Source of the DNA: a virus
Taxonomy: Duplodnaviria; Caudoviricetes
DNA: 64,000 nt
Virus record (IMG/VR): IMGVR_UViG_3300017585_000131
Span: 6,289-70,288 of that record
Strand: one strand, 5' to 3'
Position 1 is the first letter of the stretch; each line of letters begins with the position of its first letter. A program made the translations under genes and the position numbers. This document shows positions 57,412-64,000 of this stretch, piece by piece. The notes under the pieces are model-generated. The model was not told where the DNA came from. It saw only the letters and a program-made list of their open reading frames with translations, and made no database searches.

Positions 57412-58779
57412 ATGGCTACGAATACGAATTTAGGCGGTGTTTTTACTACCGATCTTGATGGCGCTATCAGCAATGCCGAATACCAGAGCACCGAGAATAT
57501 AGGCGGTATCATTTTCGATACCTCTATAGTTGGCGGTCTTGTTAAGGCACTTGGCACCGACACTGTAGCTGCCACCACATTTGCCAACGGCAATGTAGTT
57601 GAGTTGAACAACTCCAAAGACATGACCGAAGCAGGCATTGACGACACCATTATGGCAGGTCTGGTCAAGTATCATCTTGACGCTTGCTTCTCAGTCAATG
57701 GTGTGCAGCGTCTCTTCGTGTCGTTCATGAATAGTGACACCGACAAGGAGTTTGAGGCAGTGGAGAAAATGCAGCTCGCATCGGGCGGCATAATAGACCA
57801 CATCGGTATTTGGACTGGCAAGGCTATTGCCACGAAGAACGAGGACGGTACTTATTCCGTTGACGCAGGCAACATTCTTTCCAAGCTGGAGAGCGTCGCT
57901 GAGTCTTTGGGCGGAAAAGTTGGCGTTACCAACTATGACGGCAACGCCCCTCTGAACATCCTTGTTTCAGCTCCTATTCTGAACGAGACAGAGGTTGACG
58001 TGAGAAAGTTGCCAGACCTCAGCAGTCTGGGCTTCCCCAAAGTGTCTGTCTTGCTTGGTCAAGCCGCTTCAGACACAGTGCGCAAGCTGATGTTCGCTGT
58101 CAACAATGTTGATGCGACAACTAAGACTTACGCTCCCGTAGGAGCTATCGGAGTCGCTATCGGAGTGCTTTCCGTTGCTCCTGCAAATGAGAGCATTGGT
58201 CACGTTGCAAGCTATGACCTCGCCTCAGTAATGCAAGAAGCCGAGCTTGCTCTTGGCAACCTGATTGCTGACGATGAGGGCTACACAAGCGAAGCGTCGT
58301 TCACGAATATCAAGACGCTGAACTACAACAAGCGCAACAGTTACCTGCACAAGAAGGGCTATATCTTCACCACCAACTACGATGGTTTGGAGGGTAGCGT
58401 TTTCTTCAGTTGCGACCAGACTCTTGACACAGGCGATTACCGCAGTTTGACACGTTGTCGTGTAATGCACAAGAGCCGTCGTGTAGTGCGCCGTGCTTTG
58501 TTGCCATACGTCAACGCCGATGTCGAGGTTGACACGACTACAGGCTATCTGTCAACATCTACAATAGCGATGTTCCAGAATGTTGTCATCGAGGCTTTGG
58601 ACGCTAACATGAAGGAGCCTGCTACAGGCACACCACAGATTAGCGGTCGCACTTGCAGCATTGACGCTGAACAGAACGTGCTGGCAAACGATAAGATTGA
58701 CATCAATTACACTCTCGTTCCACGCGGTATCACGAGTGAAATCAACGTAACGGAAGGCTTTGCGTCAACCGCCAGCTAA
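57412..58779 (+). CDS. Tail sheath protein 1 (DUF2586-like)
   Basis: GYIFTTNYDG..FFSCDQT..RVMHKSRR..LLPY..VPRG; precedes the tube. Confidence 0.8.
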   Translation: MATNTNLGGVFTTDLDGAISNAEYQSTENIGGIIFDTSIVGGLVKALGTDTVAATTFANGNVVELNNSKDMTEAGIDDTIMAGLVKYHLDACFSVNGVQRLFVSFMNSDTDKEFEAVEKMQLASGGIIDHIGIWTGKAIATKNEDGTYSVDAGNILSKLESVAESLGGKVGVTNYDGNAPLNILVSAPILNETEVDVRKLPDLSSLGFPKVSVLLGQAASDTVRKLMFAVNNVDATTKTYAPVGAIGVAIGVLSVAPANESIGHVASYDLASVMQEAELALGNLIADDEGYTSEASFTNIKTLNYNKRNSYLHKKGYIFTTNYDGLEGSVFFSCDQTLDTGDYRSLTRCRVMHKSRRVVRRALLPYVNADVEVDTTTGYLSTSTIAMFQNVVIEALDANMKEPATGTPQISGRTCSIDAEQNVLANDKIDINYTLVPRGITSEINVTEGFASTAS

Positions 58780-58805
58780 TGTATAACAATAAATAACATA
58801 CGACA

Positions 58806-59306
58806 ATGGCAGCTATTATCAATAACGTAGCATACAGTTGGTCCATGATACAGCTTCAGACCAACTTGTCGGGCGAGAGCGAGTCTTCGCCTATCCTTGT
58901 TGACTGTACGGCTATCAACTGGAACACGGAGCGCAAGATAGAGCCTATCTATGGTTTGGGCGGTCAGCCTCGCAAGCGTGGCTTCGGCAACGTAACCTAC
59001 GAGGCAAGTATCACTCTTCCATACGGCACTCAGATTTCTCTCCGTGAAAAGTCAAGCGACGGCACTTTGCTCGGTCTTGGTGAGTTCAACCTCATTGTAA
59101 GCTGGGTGAACGACGTTGCGGCCAACGTAACGTCAGAGACCATAACCCTCGCTGGATGTATTCTTGCACAAGGTGGCATGGATGCGTCGCAGGATGACAC
59201 CTCTCTCACAAAAGAGTTCAACCTGCACCCGCACCGCATCTACACCGGCACTGTACAGGCAAATTCCAACATGAGTTGGAGCCACGAGCTTTATGGAGGC
59301 GCATAA
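58806..59306 (+). CDS. Tail tube protein
   Basis: INNVAYSWS..IYGLG..RGFGNVTYEASITL. Confidence 0.8.
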   Translation: MAAIINNVAYSWSMIQLQTNLSGESESSPILVDCTAINWNTERKIEPIYGLGGQPRKRGFGNVTYEASITLPYGTQISLREKSSDGTLLGLGEFNLIVSWVNDVAANVTSETITLAGCILAQGGMDASQDDTSLTKEFNLHPHRIYTGTVQANSNMSWSHELYGGA

Positions 59307-59337
59307 ACGGTTTATTACTTGTTTATACTATCAGTGG

Positions 59338-59363
59338 GAGCAGTCAGAAATGGCTGCTCTTTT
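59338..59363 (+). terminator. Intrinsic terminator
   Basis: GAGCAGTCA/TGGCTGCTC followed by TTTT. Confidence 0.75.
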
Positions 59364-59448
59364 ATATTTTTGCCAAGATTGACTATTATATAATGACACC
59401 CGAAAATCGGGCGAACTGAAGTATATAACATTAAAACCATTAATTATT

Positions 59449-59868
59449 ATGGCAAGAGAAAAGAAAGAAGTCGCTCAGGCAGCTGAAGAGCAGAGCGCAT
59501 CAGTGATTAATTTCACGTCAGACGTAAACGTTCCACTGGAAATCCGTGAGGAGATCGCGAAAAAGGCACAAGAGCTGAAGCAGCAATACGGTCTCCGTAA
59601 AGTGTATGTCGCAGTTGTGGTTGGCGATGAGGATGACGACAAACCCCTGTACATTGCGTACTTGCGTCGCCCGAACCTCATGCACTTCAGCCAGTACATG
59701 AACTTCGTCCAGAAAGATCTTATTCAGGCGAATAAAATGCTCGCAACCAACATTTTCCTCGCAGGCGACAAGGAAATGATTGACGATGACGAGCTTTTCT
59801 TGTACGGAACTATGCAGCAGTTGAGCCGTGTCATAGACTCGCGCAACTCTGACTTGGTAAAAGTATAG
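59449..59868 (+). CDS. Tail assembly chaperone (gpG equivalent)
   Basis: Position after the tube and AYLRRP motif. Confidence 0.7.
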   Translation: MAREKKEVAQAAEEQSASVINFTSDVNVPLEIREEIAKKAQELKQQYGLRKVYVAVVVGDEDDDKPLYIAYLRRPNLMHFSQYMNFVQKDLIQANKMLATNIFLAGDKEMIDDDELFLYGTMQQLSRVIDSRNSDLVKV

Positions 59869-60071
59869 AGCGTTGTCGCATTGGCAAAGAGGATTATTTC
59901 CGACAACGCTTTGCACTGACCGCATACTACTATCCTCATCTTGACTTGAATGACATGAGCATGGAAGATTTCGCTTTTTGGAGTGAGAACGCTTACTGGG
60001 TACATTCCCAAATGCTCATGGTGCAACAAACCAATGCTTTAGGAATAATCTCCGGGGGTGCAAGAAAATGA
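59856..60071 (+). CDS. -1 frameshift extension of the chaperone (gpGT equivalent)
   Basis: Open -1 frame with no start at its 5' end, entered at G GTA AAA G (59856-59863); SIERCRIG..GGARK*. Confidence 0.65.
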   Translation, partial: GKSIERCRIGKEDYFRQRFALTAYYYPHLDLNDMSMEDFAFWSENAYWVHSQMLMVQQTNALGIISGGARK

Positions 60072-60132
60072 CAAAATGGGGGCTGACATCAGTTCCCATT
60101 TGTTTTTTCTATTAATAAGAAAGATATATTCA

Positions 60133-61419
60133 ATGGCAGGATTAAGTTATGTAACTACTGGAATTAAAGCCAAGCCAGATTCCACATACAGTATTCCAAC
60201 CGATGAAAGCATTGGAGCCATGCTGTTTGACATCAGTGGCTTCGCCAAACCATTCGACGGTTATCCGTTACTGTATAACAATTTTAAGAACAATAAGATA
60301 CAGTGTGTCAAGAACCTTGATGACGCTTCCTTGATAGGTATTGTCAATGACAGTTTCTTGAACGGAATGTTGTATTATCACGTAAGTCAGTTCTACAAGA
60401 TGGTCGATAAAGAGCAAGCCTTATATATCTGCATTGCCGATTGTACGGACAACTGGGATGTGCTTCAGTATATGCAACAGCAAGTAAACGGCAAACTCTT
60501 TCAGATAGGAGTGTGGACCTCTCAGCCGATTTGGAACAAGAAAAGTGATGGTAATATAGGGTTTACCTCGTTGATAACAGACTTGCAAGCGCAAGCTAAC
60601 GAGATAAATGGTCAAGTCGGTGAACGCACATTTACTATGATACCGTTAAGCATAATGCTGTGTGGCAATAGCAATTACATAGGCGGTGATACTGTCAATT
60701 ATAAGACACTACCAGATGCTTTGACACTGAAATGTCCGAAAGTTTCAGTGATATTGGCGCAAAATGGTTCTGATGACGTTCATAAGATGCAGGAAGCCAA
60801 CCCAAATCAAGCCCCAGTCAGTTCATTAGGTCTTTTAATGGCTTGCTTGGCATTGTGTGGTGCAGAAGAAAGCATTGCGTCATTGAAAAAATATGACTTA
60901 AACCAGAATGAGGATTTCAATAACCCAGAATTGGGATTTGGGGATAGCTATACTCCATTGAAGAACGTCAATAGAATACGAGCCAATCTCCTTTCTGAAA
61001 AGGGCTATATTATTCCTATTGATTACGAGGGGTTGGAAGCGTCTTATTTCTTCAGTAGCGACCAGACTTTAAGTGAAGGCGATTTCAGTACTATAGCCAA
61101 CAATAGGGTAATGCACAAATGTCGTAGGGCTGCCTGTACAGCATTGCTGCCGTATATCAACAGCGACCAAATGTATGATACAAGCAGCAAAAATATCAGC
61201 GTTACCGCTATAGCCATCATCACAGACTCTATCAATACGATTTTGGATTCTGTGATGAGGAACAAGGAAGGGCAGACGCAGATAGACGGTAGGGTTGTGG
61301 AGTTTCAGGAAAGCAAAGACTTGTTGAACAGGGATTCGATTTCTATGAAACTCACCATTACGCCAGTTGACAGTAGCGACGAATTGTCTGAAACTGTTTC
61401 GCATGACATCAACCAATAA
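60133..61419 (+). CDS. Tail sheath-like protein 2 (paralog of 57412-58779)
   Basis: Shared motifs CPKVSVIL, GYIIPIDYEG..FFSSDQT..RVMHKCRR..LLPY; likely start MAGLSY. Confidence 0.8.
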   Translation: MAGLSYVTTGIKAKPDSTYSIPTDESIGAMLFDISGFAKPFDGYPLLYNNFKNNKIQCVKNLDDASLIGIVNDSFLNGMLYYHVSQFYKMVDKEQALYICIADCTDNWDVLQYMQQQVNGKLFQIGVWTSQPIWNKKSDGNIGFTSLITDLQAQANEINGQVGERTFTMIPLSIMLCGNSNYIGGDTVNYKTLPDALTLKCPKVSVILAQNGSDDVHKMQEANPNQAPVSSLGLLMACLALCGAEESIASLKKYDLNQNEDFNNPELGFGDSYTPLKNVNRIRANLLSEKGYIIPIDYEGLEASYFFSSDQTLSEGDFSTIANNRVMHKCRRAACTALLPYINSDQMYDTSSKNISVTAIAIITDSINTILDSVMRNKEGQTQIDGRVVEFQESKDLLNRDSISMKLTITPVDSSDELSETVSHDINQ

Positions 61420-61447
61420 CTTTTCTTCTCGCATCTATATATTTTCT

Positions 61448-61475
61448 CCCCGGACAGTGATTGTTCGGGGCTTTT
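61448..61475 (+). terminator. Intrinsic terminator
   Basis: CCCCGGACAG/TTGTTCGGGG followed by CTTTT. Confidence 0.7.
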
Positions 61476-61527
61476 CATTTTAGACTATTAATAAGTAATC
61501 AAACATACATATCATAATTAAATACAA

Positions 61528-64000
61528 ATGACAGATTATAAAGATTACATTGTTAGGTATGACATCGTGGCTGATGTAACAAAAGCCACCGAGGGGTTAC
61601 AGACCATTGCCAATATAGCAAAGGAGTTTGAAGCCCCGATGAAAGCCTTAAAAGACTCCATTACGCAGGTTAGTCGCTCAATGCAGCAATTAAAGACGAA
61701 CTCGCAAATCAAGTTTGAGCCAATAATTGATGTCAGGGCGTTTAACAATCAGCTGAAAGGCATGGTTATTCAAGTCCGCAATGCCGCTGCTGAAATGCAC
61801 ACAGCGTTGTTTGAAACTCTGAATGGTAATGCGGCCAGTACTAAAACTATGAGGCAGGGTGCAAACGCCGCTTTTGGTGGTACAAAGTCCGTAAAAGACC
61901 TTAAAGCAGACATTGCCGCTTATAACAAGGAACTGGATAAACTTCTTGGCACACGTAAAGTGACGAAATTAGGAAAGAATGTCCGAGAAAAGGACGGTTC
62001 TATCTTAATGGCTAAAAACGCAGGCAATCTGGTTCGCGTAACGGAATTAGAAAGCAGAAAGAAAGCACTGCAAAATGCGATAAAGCAGCGTAAGGCGCAG
62101 CTAATTGAAGCCGAAAAATTAGAAAAAGAATTAGCCGCCCAGCAAGCCAGGACCGCAGGAGCAGTTAGCAAGACCGTTACACCAGTTAAAGCAGAACCGG
62201 CCAAGCTCACCAATGTCACTCCAGCAGTCATAAAAGAATGGAAGAAAGCCTTTGGTGACTCCAAAAATAAATTACTGACAGTCAATATTCGAGGCAATGC
62301 CAGTGGTGCTAATGGCGCTTTGACTGTCATTGAGAAAATCCAAAGCTCGTTAAAATTATTGCAAGAACAAGCTGTGTTCCAGATTAACCCAATCTTGAGC
62401 AAAGAAGGTTTTGCGGCAGCTGAAGCACAATTACGTCAACTTGCGGAACTAAGCCGTGCCATAGCCGCACCCTTTGGAACTCAAAGCAAGTCAACCAAAG
62501 TAGGTAAGAACATAACCGCTTTGACTAAAGAGGAACAGGCTAAACTAACAGCGGCCCAACAGCAAGTAAAGGCGTGGAACGAGAAAATAGCAAGCATACA
62601 AAGTCGCCTTAATGCTAACAAGACTAAGTATGCGCAAGCTCCTACTCCAGCCTTGAAAGGTCAGATAACCAAAGATGAAAACTTATTAGCCAAGTATGGA
62701 AAAGACAAAGCGGAACAGGAAGGCATTGTCAAGAACTTGCAGGCTAAGGCGGCAAAAGCTACTACTACAGCGATAGCCCAGAAGACCAAGCCATTAGCTA
62801 TTGACGTGGTTGGTAATCTCAGCAAACTGAATGTAACTAAAGAATTTATCGTGCCTGTCGTAGGCGAGATGACTAAGATTCAGAACAAGATTAGCGAAGC
62901 CATACCAGTCAACGTAAAGATAATGGCAGACCAAGTAGGTCAATCTTTACGTGCCATTCCTCGTCCGACATTGATTGTTGACGTGAAATTAAACACCTCT
63001 GGCGTAAATCAGCAAATACAAAGTGCAGGAAAGCAAATACAGGTCAAGCCAGCTGCCGCCCAGCAAGCCAGGACCGCAGGAGCAGTTAGCAAGACCGTTA
63101 CACCAGTTAAAGCAGAACCGGCCAAGCTCACCAATGTCACTCCAGCAGTCATAAAAGAATGGAAGAAAGCCTTTGGTGACTCCAAAAATAAATTACTGAC
63201 AGTCAATATTCGAGGCAATGCCAGTGGTGCTAATGGCGCTTTGACTGTCATTGAGAAAATCCAAAGCTCGTTAAAATTATTGCAAGAACAAGCTGTGTTC
63301 CAGATTAACCCAATCTTGAGCAAAGAAGGTTTTGCGGCAGCTGAAGCACAATTACGTCAACTTGCGGAACTAAGCCGTGCCATAGCCGCACCCTTTGGAA
63401 CTCAAAGCAAGTCAACCAAAGTAGGTAAGAACATAACCGCTTTGACTAAAGAGGAACAGGCTAAACTAACAGCGGCCCAACAGCAAGTAAAGGCGTGGAA
63501 CGAGAAAATAGCAAGCATACAAAGTCGCCTTAATGCTAACAAGACTAAGTATGCGCAAGCTCCTACTCCAGCCTTGAAAGGTCAGATAACCAAAGATGAA
63601 AACTTATTAGCCAAGTATGGAAAAGACAAAGCGGAACAGGAAGGCATTGTCAAGAACTTGCAGGCTAAGGCGGCAAAAGCTACTACTACAGCGATAGCCC
63701 AGAAGACCAAGCCATTAGCTATTGACGTGGTTGGTAATCTCAGCAAACTGAATGTAACTAAAGAATTTATCGTGCCTGTCGTAGGCGAGATGACTAAGAT
63801 TCAGAACAAGATTAGCGAAGCCATACCAGTCAACGTAAAGATAATGGCAGACCAAGTAGGTCAATCTTTACGTGCCATTCCTCGTCCGACATTGATTGTT
63901 GACGTGAAATTAAACACCTCTGGCGTAAATCAGCAAATACAAAGTGCAGGAAAGCAAATACAGGTCAAGCCAGCTGCCGCCCAGCAAGCCAGGACCGCAG
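61528..64000 (+). CDS. Probable tape measure protein, 3'-truncated and absent from the ORF track
   Basis: Open from ATG 61528 (MTDYKDYIVRYDIVADV) through the repeat unit; A/K/Q-rich helical sequence; follows the chaperones. Confidence 0.7.
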   Translation, partial: MTDYKDYIVRYDIVADVTKATEGLQTIANIAKEFEAPMKALKDSITQVSRSMQQLKTNSQIKFEPIIDVRAFNNQLKGMVIQVRNAAAEMHTALFETLNGNAASTKTMRQGANAAFGGTKSVKDLKADIAAYNKELDKLLGTRKVTKLGKNVREKDGSILMAKNAGNLVRVTELESRKKALQNAIKQRKAQLIEAEKLEKELAAQQARTAGAVSKTVTPVKAEPAKLTNVTPAVIKEWKKAFGDSKNKLLTVNIRGNASGANGALTVIEKIQSSLKLLQEQAVFQINPILSKEGFAAAEAQLRQLAELSRAIAAPFGTQSKSTKVGKNITALTKEEQAKLTAAQQQVKAWNEKIASIQSRLNANKTKYAQAPTPALKGQITKDENLLAKYGKDKAEQEGIVKNLQAKAAKATTTAIAQKTKPLAIDVVGNLSKLNVTKEFIVPVVGEMTKIQNKISEAIPVNVKIMADQVGQSLRAIPRPTLIVDVKLNTSGVNQQIQSAGKQIQVKPAAAQQARTAGAVSKTVTPVKAEPAKLTNVTPAVIKEWKKAFGDSKNKLLTVNIRGNASGANGALTVIEKIQSSLKLLQEQAVFQINPILSKEGFAAAEAQLRQLAELSRAIAAPFGTQSKSTKVGKNITALTKEEQAKLTAAQQQVKAWNEKIASIQSRLNANKTKYAQAPTPALKGQITKDENLLAKYGKDKAEQEGIVKNLQAKAAKATTTAIAQKTKPLAIDVVGNLSKLNVTKEFIVPVVGEMTKIQNKISEAIPVNVKIMADQVGQSLRAIPRPTLIVDVKLNTSGVNQQIQSAGKQIQVKPAAAQQARTA
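62134..64000 (+). repeat. In-frame 921-bp (307-codon) tandem repeat: two full copies plus the start of a third
   Basis: GCCGCCCAGCAAGCC starts at 62134, 63055 and 63976; copies appear identical by eye. Confidence 0.95.

Larger units (their letters stand above)
1495..64000. mobile_element. Large temperate Bacteroidales myovirus prophage with Mu-like morphogenesis genes; continues beyond the window
   Basis: TerL, TerS, portal, protease, capsid, sheath, tube, lysin and antirepressors are present, with an att-like site at the left edge. Confidence 0.9.

Noticed and set aside
57412-61419. Extracellular contractile injection system (BIS/Afp)
   Set aside because: Portal, protease, capsid and terminase are present, so this is a phage tail.
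61920-63323. Minus-strand ORFs 61920-62402 and 63009-63323
   Set aside because: Antisense to the tape-measure frame; their duplication only reflects the 921-bp repeat.
1-64000. DGR reverse transcriptase, Avd or template repeat
   Set aside because: No ORF with RT motifs and no second AAC-rich copy of the VR was seen; a manual scan could miss a diverged copy.
1-64000. Stop-codon reassignment as in Lak or some crAss-like phages
   Set aside because: Conserved genes are full length under the standard code, and TAG, TGA and TAA all terminate genes at sensible positions.

Overview
The window is almost entirely the left part of a large, apparently integrated Bacteroidales (Prevotella-like) myovirus prophage. 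A 15-nt copy of a tRNA-Ser 3' end at 1495-1509 marks the likely att boundary. To its left is a 5'-truncated AlbA_2/ATP-binding gene. Rightwards on the minus strand come a DUF1320-like adaptor, a terminase large subunit with a class 3-type LAGLIDADG intein, lysis genes and a small terminase. A replication and nucleotide-metabolism block follows: DEDDh exonuclease, guanylate kinase-like protein, only the C-terminal half of a DnaE polymerase, BRO protein, RNase H, HU and a ThyX-like protein. Next are PcfJ and PcfK/AcrIIA9-like genes, a protein with a DGR-type variable region but no RT or template repeat in the window, an opposite-strand HigBA-type toxin-antitoxin pair, and about 16 kb of small, often acidic hypothetical genes. 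A 2.4-kb skewed non-coding region precedes a block with a small tyrosine recombinase bracketed by related inverted sites, an Rha antirepressor and dUTPase. From 50.6 kb a plus-strand Mu-like morphogenesis module runs through portal, gpF, gpG, Clp-type protease, capsid, sheath, tube, frameshifted chaperone and a second sheath paralog. It ends in a probable tape-measure gene carrying an apparently identical in-frame 921-bp tandem repeat that runs off the window. All family names come from motif recognition by eye; no searches were run.
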